Origin: an uncultured bacterium
GTDB lineage: Bacteria > Omnitrophota > Omnitrophia > Omnitrophales > Aquincolibacteriaceae
Length of the DNA: 64,000 bases
NCBI GenBank assembly: GCA_964385615.1
Contig: CAYLPP010000001.1
Coordinates: 256,484 to 320,483 of the forward strand
Reading direction: 5' to 3'
This document shows positions 18,230 to 28,355 of the stretch, one piece after another. The notes under the pieces are model-generated. The model ran no database searches and was not told the DNA's origin. It was given only the letters and a program-made list of their open reading frames with translations. The first letter of the stretch is position 1. The number at the start of each line of letters is the position of its first letter. Both the position numbers and the translations under genes were made by a program.

Positions 18230-18643
18230 TTAAAGTTCCGAACTGACGTACTTCTCGATTTTCTTGAGCATCGCGCCCCCGCCGAGAACATGGCGGGATT
18301 CCGGAGCAATCTCAACCGTTGTAATTTTCCGGGTAAGCCTTTTAACTACGAACGTCATCAACCGGCGGTCAGAATCATCCGGGCGCGTCCAATCCAGATT
18401 GCGGACCCTAATCGTTCCCTTTTCTTTTTCGGTAATATCAAGCTCCCAGCCTTCCATGTTACCCACCGCTTCAAGAGTGCGGAGGTAAACCAGGTCATAC
18501 GGAAGTTCATATTGAAGAACTTCATCATTCGCGGGATAAATAATGCTCTTCTGAATAGACGATTTACAGCCCGCGGTGAAAAACAGAATGCTCACGAGAG
18601 AATAAAAGAAAAATGCTTTCGACTTCATAAATAGTCTCCTCAC
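18230..18643 (-). CDS. small lipoprotein (137 aa), last gene of the OM-protein operon
   Basis: Signal peptide with lipobox FFTAGC. The start codon overlaps the stop of the 1555-aa protein (TAATG). No recognisable domain. Confidence 0.6.
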   Translation of the reverse strand: MRRLFMKSKAFFFYSLVSILFFTAGCKSSIQKSIIYPANDEVLQYELPYDLVYLRTLEAVGNMEGWELDITEKEKGTIRVRNLDWTRPDDSDRRLMTFVVKRLTRKITTVEIAPESRHVLGGGAMLKKIEKYVSSEL

Positions 18644-21600
18644 TAAATCTTCCCGGTCAAGCGGACAAAAGGGCCATGACTGTTGATATTACTGCTCTTA
18701 CGTAGATCATCGTCAAAATCCGTAAAATTATAACCCACCCCGAGGCGGACATAATCATAAAGTTCACGGTCAACCTCAACCAGGGCGCCGTGCTTGAGGG
18801 TCTGAGCCGCGTCAAACTGCCATAGCGCCCGGTATTCCAGAGCCACGTCCCACTTGCGGGTCACATGAAAATTGAACCGGTTGACCCACAGAAAATTATG
18901 CAGCACCAGCTGGTTGGTCAGACTGCCGTCAAGCAGGGAGCGCTTATAGGCCAGTTTCTCGACCAATCCCAAATTGCGGTGAATTTCGTAAGCCAGGTCA
19001 ATCGCCAGAATGTGAGCCGTCTCATCCACGTTGGCTCCCTGATAGATACCGCCGTAAAACTGCGCATCATTGGCAATATCTTTCAGGTAGGTATAACGGG
19101 TAAGGATATTCAGGCGGTCATTATCCACAGGCCGGTACGCGGCACCCATGCTCATCTCCGTAAAGCCCGCCTGTAAATTATCAGGATCTATAAAATCGGT
19201 TTTGCCGTAATCAAATTTTCCAAGCGCGCTGATATCCTGCGTTACTTTGTGTTCAACCAGATTACGGCTGACCCATTGAGAAAGACGGGGCGTATCCTGA
19301 TCGCGCCGGTACTCCAAAGAAACACGGGCTTTGGTTTTTTTGTAGTTATTGTAGGCGACACCGCCGGTAATTGTATTGAAACTGTTTGAGCGGATGTATC
19401 CAGCCTGCGCGGTATCATCCAGCAGGCGGGTCGTGGAATTTTTCAAATGCCGGCGCTCGCCTCTTAACTCGAAACTCCACTGATCATTGATCTGATTTTG
19501 ATAACCCATTGCGTCGGTCGCGTACCCGTCAACGGAAGAGTAAGAAGTGTACTGGCGTTCCGAATAGAGCCGGGATTTCTCAGTTAGAGAGAAAGAATCC
19601 CCGAGAGTCGTGGTTAAAAGCGGTAACCCGGTACCCAAATCAAGCATACGCATATTGGCATACGAACGGGTTGAACCGCGGTACTGTTCGATCCCGAACT
19701 GAGTCGAATCCCCGATATTGCCAAACATCTGTTCCACATAGGCGAACATATGGTTCACAAGCTCATAACGGACACCGGCGCCGTACTGGCGGTTAGGTTT
19801 ACCGTCAAAAGTCGTCTGCACTTTCACATAAGGCAGGATCCTGTCGTTAAAGCGCTTCCCGATTTTTCCGGTCAGAGCGTTTTTATTCTGATCTTCATAG
19901 AGAAGCGTCGGAAGAAGATTGACCGGAGGGAAAGCCGCTACGCTTCTGCGGTATTCAACTTCTCCCAGCCAGTTACCGTCATCGTAAACCAGCTCGCCGG
20001 TATGATTGCGGTAACTGCTGAACGGCGCCGAAAGCCCGGTCGTTTCAAGCGGAAGAGCGCGGTTTTCAGCCGCTGCATTATCAAAACGGTAGCGGGCATA
20101 AATCGAATCCGTGAATTTATATTTCGCGGCAAATCCGTATTTATGGGTTCCCGCCTGGCTTTGCGTGTTGCTGGTTGAAAATCCGGGATGAATCCCCTGA
20201 ATGTACCCGGAAGTTTCAAGATTCTTGACCGGTTTGGACTCCGCCTTCAAAAGATAAGCCTTATCGGGAACGGTCCTTCGCGCCTGCGGAAGCCGTGTAT
20301 CACCGAAAGTCAAACCGCCGTTATAAGAAACTCCCGACTCCGTCTGTTGGTTCTTGGATTCCGCGTATTCCATCGTCACTTTGGTGTTACGGCCCATTTT
20401 GATGGTGCCGTCAATTCCACGCACATCGTAATCCAGATTCTGACGCTTTTCTTTAACCGCGGTCGCGCCAATGCGGATATGATCGCCCATGTGCGTGTAA
20501 CCGCGAAGTCCGCCGTTATTGTTATCAAAAGCCGAAGGCCCCGCGTCATATTCGTAATCCACAATTAAATAAAGCGGGGCGCCGTCAAGAATATCGGTTG
20601 AACTCAAGGTGTCGGAAGCCGTTACGGAAGAAAGCGGACGGGACAAAAGAATACGGCCTTCCCGGTAATCAATCTCATAATCCTTCCCCTCAACGAGATC
20701 ATAGCTCTGAAGAACCATATCCTGGATTTTATCGCGTACTTCCACCCGGATTTTCTCGCTTCCTTCAATGATGTTGCGGAAACGGACATAGTAAAGCGAT
20801 CCGCCGGTTGCCGCGAACTCGTTATGATCCGGGAGGTTCTGCGTGCGCGCTCCGAAAAATTTAATTCCCCGCTTCGGATCACCGTAAGGCGTACTGTCGA
20901 GCGTTTCAAAACTCCCCTGAAGCCCCGTAAGTGTCCGGTTGTAAGTGGCTAATTCCGTATCGGTAAACCCGGTTTTAAAACTTCCGTATTTCAGATGAGC
21001 CTTGTCCTGTTCAACGACGAGAAAAAACCGGCTGGCCGTGTCGCGCGCCTCATAATCAATCGAGGAAGCATCTCCGTAAACCGGATAGTACTGATCGGGA
21101 TCCAGATTGGTAAAAAGAGCTGACCGGCGGTCATCGGTATCATAATGGGACTTAACAATAAACTTCCCTTTAATCTTCCCTTTCAAATAATAGGAAAGCC
21201 GTCCCTCTTCATAAAAACCGTCTTTAAAGGTATCTTCCTGAGCCACGGTCTGAAGGTTGCCGTCCGTGAAATTAATCCCCATTTGCTCTTCGCCTAAAGC
21301 TGTCATAAAAAACGTGCTGTCTTTGACCAGGATGGACTTCTGAACCGTTGTCGTTTCTCCTTCGGGGCTGGCCGTGCTGACTTGAATCTGCTTTTGGCCG
21401 GGCGCAGTGTAAATTTGCGTTTCAAAAAGACCGTCAGGCTGAACTTCAATTGTGTACGAATTCACGCGTACCTTGTTGCCCGGCTTGGTCCGGCCCTGAA
21501 CCCGGATCGTGGGCTTGGCGATCAAAGGAATACTGCGGCGCCCGTCTTTAAAAATATTAAAATCTCCGATGGGAGGAATTTCCTGGATTTTTTTCTCGGC

Positions 21601-23310
21601 GTCTTTATCAAGCTTGGAAATAACCCGGAAAAACTGAAGCGGGGTCCAATCCTGGTGCCCCTGGGCATCCGTCACTTTAAATTGATAAGAATAAACTCCC
21701 GGCTTCACCATAAGACCGTTTTCCGCTTTTCCGGGCCAAATGACTTCATCCGGCGGAGCGGAAACACCGAAACCAGTCCAAACTTCCGCGCCGGATTCAT
21801 CCCGAATTTCCAGGTACCATCCCTTGACCATATCAGGATAATTAATTTTGAATCTAAAAGAAGGCTCCTTTTCCAAGACTCCGATCCCTATCTTCAGCAG
21901 ATCCGGCTCGATCTGAACACCCAGAGTCGGCTGTGCCGTATCCAGGCCTTGAGTCACGGAAACCGACAAATCTTTTTCAAAAGCGGCGGGAAGCTGCGAC
22001 GGCGGAATCCAGACAGCGAAATTGGCTTTATTTAAAATACCCGGCGTTGTTTTAACGAGAAAGGATTCTTCCGTTACAAACTGAGACCCCTCCGGAAGAC
22101 TGTGACCGTCAACTTTAATCACGTGCCGGCCCGGCTTAACCGCGGGGATGTGATACATACCGTTTTCGTCTGTCGTGACAACAATTCCCTCTTCAGTCGC
22201 GATCTGCACGAAAGGAATTCCTTTTTCACCGCCGGTGCATTTTTCCGCTGTCCCGACAATCACGCAATCATCCTGAACTCCGTTTTTATTGAGGTCATTA
22301 AAAACCTTACCGATAATGGTTCCTTCGTCGAAAACAGGATCCAGTTCAGGCCGGACAATCACTTCAACAGGAGTTGTCACCCCGTTCGAGTGCCTTACGA
22401 AAATGGTCAGAACATAACTCTTGCCGGCAACGGCCGCGGATGAAAGCACAACCGGAATCCCGAAGACCACGTCTTCACCGGCGTTCAAATTGAGGCCGAA
22501 AATAACCGAACCTTCGCGATTGCCAAGCGGCCGGCCGTCAAACTTAGCTTGGTCAGCTTTGACAATCAGACCATCCTGAGGCTCAATGACCAAATCGCCG
22601 GATTGCGTAATGGAAGTCTGGTTGTGAAGCTGAACGGTGATTAATTTCAGCTGACCGGGTTTGGAGCTGGAATTCACCGGGGAAGCGTTGACGGTGATGG
22701 GATCGCTTGAAAAGGTTCCGATCATATTATCGAAATCCGCGATAAATGTTCCACCGACATCCCCTGCCGTGGACGGCTGAATACGAATCACGAAAGTCAC
22801 CTGCCCGGTACCGGCCGGAGCCGTACCGCTGACAGAGTATCTTGAGAAGGTTGAAGTCACCGCGGTCGGAAGTGAAAAGGTATCCGCGCTGATAAAAACG
22901 CCCGCGGCAGTCTGGTACTCCAGACGAATCTGCGCGACTTCAGCACCGTTATTGGCAACCACCCGGCCCAAACCGCTGAAAGTGACAACTTGGCCGACGC
23001 TGGCACCTGTGACCGTCTGAAAGGTGAAAACTCCGCCAAAACCGGCATTGAGCGTTGAAGGTTCTGAAAGACGCATATAGCTGGAACCTTCAGGCGCGTC
23101 GGAAGCCGTGCGCTGTGAAATACCGCGGTTGGATTCACTGTTCCAGTTCGTCTGCCCGTTGGTATTGCCCAAAGCATTTTCAAAGTTGGGGTTTTGAAGA
23201 ACGTTAGCCGCGGCATACGCTTCCACCGTGGAAAAGAAAATACCCGCAGCCAGCGTAAAAAATACGGCCGTCTTCACTGCCATTGGGTTTAACCGCGGTC
23301 TTTTATCCAT
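18643..23310 (-). CDS. giant secreted/outer-membrane multidomain protein (1555 aa): signal peptide, CBM4_9-like N-terminal module, SdrD-B/CarboxypepD_reg-like and Ig-like repeats, about 900-aa aromatic-rich beta-rich C-terminal region
   Basis: Cleavable signal peptide (…FSTVEAYAAAN). NPNFENALGNTNGQTNW resembles a carbohydrate-binding CBM4_9 start. GKVFNDLNKNGVQDD…TTDENGMYHI is an SdrD-B-type fold. The C-terminal two-thirds is Y/F/W/G-rich with alternating hydrophobicity but lacks a terminal Phe. Confidence 0.8.
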   Translation of the reverse strand: MDKRPRLNPMAVKTAVFFTLAAGIFFSTVEAYAAANVLQNPNFENALGNTNGQTNWNSESNRGISQRTASDAPEGSSYMRLSEPSTLNAGFGGVFTFQTVTGASVGQVVTFSGLGRVVANNGAEVAQIRLEYQTAAGVFISADTFSLPTAVTSTFSRYSVSGTAPAGTGQVTFVIRIQPSTAGDVGGTFIADFDNMIGTFSSDPITVNASPVNSSSKPGQLKLITVQLHNQTSITQSGDLVIEPQDGLIVKADQAKFDGRPLGNREGSVIFGLNLNAGEDVVFGIPVVLSSAAVAGKSYVLTIFVRHSNGVTTPVEVIVRPELDPVFDEGTIIGKVFNDLNKNGVQDDCVIVGTAEKCTGGEKGIPFVQIATEEGIVVTTDENGMYHIPAVKPGRHVIKVDGHSLPEGSQFVTEESFLVKTTPGILNKANFAVWIPPSQLPAAFEKDLSVSVTQGLDTAQPTLGVQIEPDLLKIGIGVLEKEPSFRFKINYPDMVKGWYLEIRDESGAEVWTGFGVSAPPDEVIWPGKAENGLMVKPGVYSYQFKVTDAQGHQDWTPLQFFRVISKLDKDAEKKIQEIPPIGDFNIFKDGRRSIPLIAKPTIRVQGRTKPGNKVRVNSYTIEVQPDGLFETQIYTAPGQKQIQVSTASPEGETTTVQKSILVKDSTFFMTALGEEQMGINFTDGNLQTVAQEDTFKDGFYEEGRLSYYLKGKIKGKFIVKSHYDTDDRRSALFTNLDPDQYYPVYGDASSIDYEARDTASRFFLVVEQDKAHLKYGSFKTGFTDTELATYNRTLTGLQGSFETLDSTPYGDPKRGIKFFGARTQNLPDHNEFAATGGSLYYVRFRNIIEGSEKIRVEVRDKIQDMVLQSYDLVEGKDYEIDYREGRILLSRPLSSVTASDTLSSTDILDGAPLYLIVDYEYDAGPSAFDNNNGGLRGYTHMGDHIRIGATAVKEKRQNLDYDVRGIDGTIKMGRNTKVTMEYAESKNQQTESGVSYNGGLTFGDTRLPQARRTVPDKAYLLKAESKPVKNLETSGYIQGIHPGFSTSNTQSQAGTHKYGFAAKYKFTDSIYARYRFDNAAAENRALPLETTGLSAPFSSYRNHTGELVYDDGNWLGEVEYRRSVAAFPPVNLLPTLLYEDQNKNALTGKIGKRFNDRILPYVKVQTTFDGKPNRQYGAGVRYELVNHMFAYVEQMFGNIGDSTQFGIEQYRGSTRSYANMRMLDLGTGLPLLTTTLGDSFSLTEKSRLYSERQYTSYSSVDGYATDAMGYQNQINDQWSFELRGERRHLKNSTTRLLDDTAQAGYIRSNSFNTITGGVAYNNYKKTKARVSLEYRRDQDTPRLSQWVSRNLVEHKVTQDISALGKFDYGKTDFIDPDNLQAGFTEMSMGAAYRPVDNDRLNILTRYTYLKDIANDAQFYGGIYQGANVDETAHILAIDLAYEIHRNLGLVEKLAYKRSLLDGSLTNQLVLHNFLWVNRFNFHVTRKWDVALEYRALWQFDAAQTLKHGALVEVDRELYDYVRLGVGYNFTDFDDDLRKSSNINSHGPFVRLTGKI

Positions 23311-23312
23311 AA

Positions 23313-24893
23313 TTAGAAGCGCCTGCTCGACCAGTTAACGCCGAATCTCAAATCCCAATCGGGATGCGTCTGGGAATCATTGACCCCTTGTTTGGTGCTG
23401 TAAGCTCCGCCCACACCGACATACTCAACAAAAAGTTTGGTCTTATACAGCCATTCATTATCGCGCCATTTATAAGTGCGGAAAGGCATCCAGCGAATAC
23501 CGCCGGCCAGGAACCAGCGGTTCTGGTAAGGAAAAGAAAATTCGCTGTTGTTGACGTGCTCCAGACGGGCATAAGGCATGGCAACGAATTCATCGTTAAT
23601 AGGGTTGGGGGGAAGCGGAATGCCCGGCATGGTCAACCCAAGCGTGATTGAAGAGTTAAAAATGAAAGCGTTAAAATCATCTTCGATTGAAAAGCCCGTA
23701 CGGTCAAACGTGTAACTGCCGAAATACTCACCCCAGGTGTAAAGACGCAGGTAATCCTGCCAGGTTGAAGGCGCGACAGCATCCGCGATCGCCGGCAAAT
23801 CCACTCCCCATTCATAGAAAATATTGACGCCGGCAATAAGGTTGTAGTTGCGGCTGCCCGTAATGTCATCGCGCAGGTTAATGCGGGTGCCATACTGGAC
23901 AAACATCCGGTAACTCTTAACAAAATCCAGGAGATGCAAACCGAAGGGCGCGTAATTGCTCAAAAAAGTATTATTAGCCAGAGGGCGGTATTCAAGACCC
24001 GTAAAGATCTGCATATTTTGTTTGAATCCAATGCTGTTGGACTCAAGCGCGGCGGTAATTTCAATATACGGGTCAATCGTATTTAACGGAGCGCGGATCC
24101 CCTTAAACACAAACCGGTTGGTCCAGAAACCTACCTGCGAATGGAATTTTTCAGATTCAAGGTTGGTTAAACGGTAGGAAGATTCCCCGAAAGACTGCCA
24201 TACGAATTTCTCGCCGACAGGCGTTCCCTGAAACGGCCCGAAAAGCTCGTTGCCGATATCCAGCTGATCCATGAATTTGAGCGCGATCTGCTCTTCCTTT
24301 TCAAACTGCTCGCGGGTCTGCGGAGTTTCAATCACGGTGTCAGAAACCGGAACAAAAACCTTGTCGGCTTCCTGAACCGATTTCATGAAATCACCGCCCT
24401 TGGATTCGATAACCGTGCGGGACATGGTCACTTGAGCTTCAGCGGCCTGACTGGAGTCAAAAGCTTTATGCCCGACCCAGTAAACCATTTTTTCATTACC
24501 AACACCCGATGGAATCGCAAGGCGCTTAATCATCACACCCTGAAAATCCGCCGTCTGAATTTTTTCCTTCACCCATTTCTGAACATCTTCAAGACTGTTC
24601 AAATTGGGGATGTAACGGCTCTTGACCGCGTTAGGTCCGAAATCGGTAACTACGGAATATTGGGTATTGAGTTCCCGGTCGGGAGTTTGGATGAAAACAA
24701 GACCGCCGACACTGGCTGTCTTATATTGAAGACGCTGATCGCTGGGAAGATAGAATTCCTGCGCGAATAAATTGGATTGGGGCGCGGCGGGTTCAGCAGC
24801 CGGAACCGCGGACGGCGCTTTAACCTTAACTTCTTCAGCAAAGGCACTGCCGGACATCAGCGCCAGACTGACTATTAAAACCCAGAAACGCAT
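23313..24893 (-). CDS. outer-membrane beta-barrel protein (about 526 aa mature), first gene of the OM operon
   Basis: Signal peptide MRFWVLIVSLALMSGSAFA. The C-terminal half has an amphipathic beta-strand pattern ending …VNWSSRRF (C-terminal Phe, the OMP sorting signal). The ORF extends to 24956, but the signal peptide starts at the internal Met. There is a 2-nt gap to the giant gene. Confidence 0.75.
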   Translation of the reverse strand: MRFWVLIVSLALMSGSAFAEEVKVKAPSAVPAAEPAAPQSNLFAQEFYLPSDQRLQYKTASVGGLVFIQTPDRELNTQYSVVTDFGPNAVKSRYIPNLNSLEDVQKWVKEKIQTADFQGVMIKRLAIPSGVGNEKMVYWVGHKAFDSSQAAEAQVTMSRTVIESKGGDFMKSVQEADKVFVPVSDTVIETPQTREQFEKEEQIALKFMDQLDIGNELFGPFQGTPVGEKFVWQSFGESSYRLTNLESEKFHSQVGFWTNRFVFKGIRAPLNTIDPYIEITAALESNSIGFKQNMQIFTGLEYRPLANNTFLSNYAPFGLHLLDFVKSYRMFVQYGTRINLRDDITGSRNYNLIAGVNIFYEWGVDLPAIADAVAPSTWQDYLRLYTWGEYFGSYTFDRTGFSIEDDFNAFIFNSSITLGLTMPGIPLPPNPINDEFVAMPYARLEHVNNSEFSFPYQNRWFLAGGIRWMPFRTYKWRDNEWLYKTKLFVEYVGVGGAYSTKQGVNDSQTHPDWDLRFGVNWSSRRF

Positions 24894-24981
24894 GCCGTTC
24901 CTTCCAGCGTTCGTCTTTCTAATGAGTTGAAAGAAGTTAACAAAAAAATTGAGCATTCATCATTGAACGCTCAACAACCTT

Positions 24982-25788
24982 TTAGACGAGACCCAGCACC
25001 TGCTGCATATTAAATAGCCCGTTCTTCTTTTTGGCAAGGAATTTGGCTGCGCGCAAAGCCCCGCCGGCGAAAGCCTCCCGGGAACTGGCCCGGTGACTGA
25101 GCTCAATACGCTCCCCGTCACCCAGGAAATAAACGGTATGATCTCCAACCACATCGCCTCCGCGCAGAGCCAGCACACCCAACTCTCCACGGGGACGGGC
25201 GCCGACTTCACCTTCACGGCCATACACGACGTCTTTTTTGAGATTTTTTTTACGGGCGGATGCTGCGGCTTCAAGAAGGCCCATAGCCGTTCCGCTTGGG
25301 GAATCTTTTTTCATGCGGTGATGGATTTCCGCGATTTCAATATCGTAACTTTCATCCAGGGCTCCGGCAGTCATCTCGGTCAGTTTAAAAAGCAGATTCA
25401 CGCCGATGCTCATATTCGGGGACTGAACAATCGCGATTTTTTTGGAAGCTTTCACGAGCAAAGCCTTGAGCTTGTCATCCAAGCCGGTGGTTCCGACCAC
25501 ATAACCCGCTCCGGTTTTAAGCGCGGCATCCAAATAAGCCGGAAGCGCGGAAGGATGCGTAAAATCAATCAGAACATCTGAACCCGCGAGCACCTTTTCA
25601 GGCTGAGCACTGATATCAACTCCCAGCGGCTCACCGCAGCCGATGATTTTAGAAACATCTTCACCCAGCAGTTCGCTTTCGGAATTCTCAAGCGCACCGG
25701 TGATTTTAAAAGCCTTATCACGCGAAGCAAGAGTCAGAATGGTTTTGCCCATTCTGCCGGAAGCGCCGGCAACCGAGAGACGAATCAT
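24982..25788 (-). CDS. dapB: 4-hydroxy-tetrahydrodipicolinate reductase
   Basis: 268 aa; the N-terminal VAGASGRMG NAD(P)-binding motif and overall DapB-like sequence. Confidence 0.9.
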   Translation of the reverse strand: MIRLSVAGASGRMGKTILTLASRDKAFKITGALENSESELLGEDVSKIIGCGEPLGVDISAQPEKVLAGSDVLIDFTHPSALPAYLDAALKTGAGYVVGTTGLDDKLKALLVKASKKIAIVQSPNMSIGVNLLFKLTEMTAGALDESYDIEIAEIHHRMKKDSPSGTAMGLLEAAASARKKNLKKDVVYGREGEVGARPRGELGVLALRGGDVVGDHTVYFLGDGERIELSHRASSREAFAGGALRAAKFLAKKKNGLFNMQQVLGLV

Positions 25789-26675
25789 GAACGTTTTCCG
25801 ATCAGGCCCACTTTTTTCAGAACAGCGGCCAGTTTGGCGCGGTTATCCGCGGACATTTCGCAAAGAGGCAGACGGAATTCGAGTTTAATTTTTCCCATAA
25901 GCGCCAGCGCGGTTTTCACCGGAATCGGATTTGTTTCAATAAACATAACTTTCGAAAGCTCCACAAGACCGCGGTGAATTTCGGCGGCTCCCTGCCAGTC
26001 ACCTTCCATGGCGCTATGAACAAGATCACGCACCTTCCCCGGCACGATATTGGCCGTCACGGAAATCACGCCTTTGGCGCCAAGGACCATCATTGGGACA
26101 GTCAGAGGATCATCGCCGGAAATAATCGTCAGGTCACAAAGATTCATAATCTGGTCGACCTGATCCAGACTTCCGCTGGCTTCTTTAATCGCGACGATAT
26201 TATCAATTTTTGAAAGCCGGGCCACGGTTGAAGGCGCCATCGAAACACCGGTTCTTCCGGGCACGTTGTAGAGAATAAACGGAATGTCCGCGCGTGAAGC
26301 CAGAAATTCATAGTGCCGGTAAAGGCCTTCCTGGGTCGGCTTGTTGTAATAAGGCGTGACGACCAGAACCCCGTCCGCGCCGATTTTTTTAGCGTGCTGA
26401 ACAAGCCCAAGAGCTTCCTGAGTGTTATTGGAACCCGCGCCGCAGACCACAGGCACACGTCCATCGACATAATCGACGACCAGCGACATGACCCGGCGAT
26501 GCTCATCATGCGAAAGCGTGGCAGACTCCCCTGTTGTTCCGCAAGGGACAATAACATCCGTTCCGTTCTCGAGATGGAAATCCAAAAGGCCTTTAAGGGC
26601 TTTCTCATCCACCTTGTTATTGCGGAGCGGAGTCACCAGCGCAACCATAGAACCCGAAAACTCGCGTTTTTTCAT
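25785..26675 (-). CDS. dapA: 4-hydroxy-tetrahydrodipicolinate synthase
   Basis: 296 aa; GSMVALVTP…GTTGES…Y…K active-site pattern of DapA. 4-nt overlaps with dapB and dapF. Confidence 0.95.
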   Translation of the reverse strand: MKKREFSGSMVALVTPLRNNKVDEKALKGLLDFHLENGTDVIVPCGTTGESATLSHDEHRRVMSLVVDYVDGRVPVVCGAGSNNTQEALGLVQHAKKIGADGVLVVTPYYNKPTQEGLYRHYEFLASRADIPFILYNVPGRTGVSMAPSTVARLSKIDNIVAIKEASGSLDQVDQIMNLCDLTIISGDDPLTVPMMVLGAKGVISVTANIVPGKVRDLVHSAMEGDWQGAAEIHRGLVELSKVMFIETNPIPVKTALALMGKIKLEFRLPLCEMSADNRAKLAAVLKKVGLIGKRS

Positions 26676-27478
26676 AAAAACAAATTCCCTTCAAACACAA
26701 ACTGCGCCTCGCCTTCAAGCGTCACATTTGTAATTTTTTCTTTTTCTTTTTTAAAATCGACGGACAAAATTTCGCCGCCCTTGGTTTTAACCTGCACCGG
26801 CGTTTTTACGTAACCCTGCAGGGTTGAAATAATCGCGGAAGCCGTGGAACCCGTACCGCAGGCCAGCGTTTCTTTTTCAACACCGCGCTCGTAGGTGCGA
26901 ACCTGAACCTGTCTGGAACCTTTGACTTCCACAAAGTTCACATTGGTTCCTTTCGGCTGAAAATCTTTATGAAACCGGATCGCGCGGCCTAAATTATCCA
27001 CATCGATTTTTTCAAGACCTTCGACAAAAATCACCGTGTGAGGAACTCCGGTGTTGATAAACGAGTAATGAAGCCGGTGACCTAAAGCCTGAAGCTCCGC
27101 TTTTTCACGAAGCCCCGACGGATTGACCAACTGGACTTTAATCCGGCTTCCCTTCACCTGAGCCTCAACAATCCCGGCCAATGATTCAAAACGAAACTTA
27201 GCGGGATATCCCATTTTTTCGCGGGCATACCGGGCGATACAGCGGAAACCGTTTCCGCAGGCTTCAGCCTCAGAACCGTCAGAATTAATAATCCGCATTT
27301 TAAAATCAGCTTTGCGGGATTTTTCAAAAAGAAGAACGCCGTCCGCGCCGACGCCGGTATGAAACTCACAAATGCGCGCCGTACGTTTGACGGGATCTTT
27401 GAAAACGCCTTTCCGGTTATCAATGACAATAAAGTCATTTCCGGAGGCAACCATCTTTACAAAAGGTATTGTCTTCAT
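26672..27478 (-). CDS. dapF: diaminopimelate epimerase
   Basis: 268 aa; KMVASGNDFIVID and CGNG active-site cysteine motifs. Confidence 0.9.
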   Translation of the reverse strand: MKTIPFVKMVASGNDFIVIDNRKGVFKDPVKRTARICEFHTGVGADGVLLFEKSRKADFKMRIINSDGSEAEACGNGFRCIARYAREKMGYPAKFRFESLAGIVEAQVKGSRIKVQLVNPSGLREKAELQALGHRLHYSFINTGVPHTVIFVEGLEKIDVDNLGRAIRFHKDFQPKGTNVNFVEVKGSRQVQVRTYERGVEKETLACGTGSTASAIISTLQGYVKTPVQVKTKGGEILSVDFKKEKEKITNVTLEGEAQFVFEGNLFL

Positions 27479-27562
27479 GGGAGGGCACCATTCTACCCGG
27501 AGTGGGCAAACCTGTCACATGGAAATTTCGGGGGCTAAATCAGCGGAAGTGAAGCCCGTAGC

Positions 27563-28309
27563 TCAGGATAGAGAGGCTTGAAAATAGGTGTTTCCGCCGC
27601 GTTCCAGAGCCTCAAGCCGGGCTATGCGCTCTGGAGTAGGCGGATGTGTGCTCAAAAAGGAAAAAGGGGCGGATCCTTGGGATGAAGCCTCGAGCCGTTT
27701 GAAAAACCGGATCAATCCCCCCGTCGGGGTACCGGAACGCTTCAGGAGCCCGTAGCCGATTTCATCCGCTTTAAATTCCTCATCCCGGCCGTAACGCAAA
27801 AGAACGCTCTGCTGAACCAACTGCCAGGTCATTTTCTTAAACTGTGTTTGATTTTCTTTAAAAAGCAGTTTCGCGAGAAAATCAGCTCCAAACTGACGCG
27901 ACAATCCTTTAGCCGGGTGATGGTCATACGCATGCCCGATCTCATGGGCAATGACTCCCGCGACTTCATCATCCCCCGCCGCGAATTTCAAAAGCCCTGT
28001 ATGAACATAAATAGACCCGCCTGGAATCGTAAAAGCGTTGGGCGTTGGATCTTCAACCAGAAAAAACTGATAATTGTAATCACGGTTCGGAAGCGCGGCC
28101 GTTAACCGGTTACCGATAGCGCTAACCCTCTGTGCGTCCGCTGTTCCCGTAATTACTTTCATATCTTTGGCAATTTGAGACTGCATCTGGACTCCGATGC
28201 CGGTTTCTTGGGAAGGAGAAATAATGTTGAAGCCCTCCACCAAAGGCTCGACATAAGCGCAGCCAGACAAACTCAAAACCAGGAGAATAGAGAGGATTTT
28301 TTTAGTCAT
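27563..28309 (-). CDS. M48-family zinc metallopeptidase lipoprotein
   Basis: Lipobox LSLSGC and HEIGHAYDHH (HExxH) zinc site. The BepA/LoiP-like architecture lacks a TPR tail. Confidence 0.85.
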   Translation of the reverse strand: MTKKILSILLVLSLSGCAYVEPLVEGFNIISPSQETGIGVQMQSQIAKDMKVITGTADAQRVSAIGNRLTAALPNRDYNYQFFLVEDPTPNAFTIPGGSIYVHTGLLKFAAGDDEVAGVIAHEIGHAYDHHPAKGLSRQFGADFLAKLLFKENQTQFKKMTWQLVQQSVLLRYGRDEEFKADEIGYGLLKRSGTPTGGLIRFFKRLEASSQGSAPFSFLSTHPPTPERIARLEALERGGNTYFQASLS

Positions 28310-28355
28310 AGGCTGTAATTATAATTCAGAGGAATAAGACGGGGCTAATTGTTTT

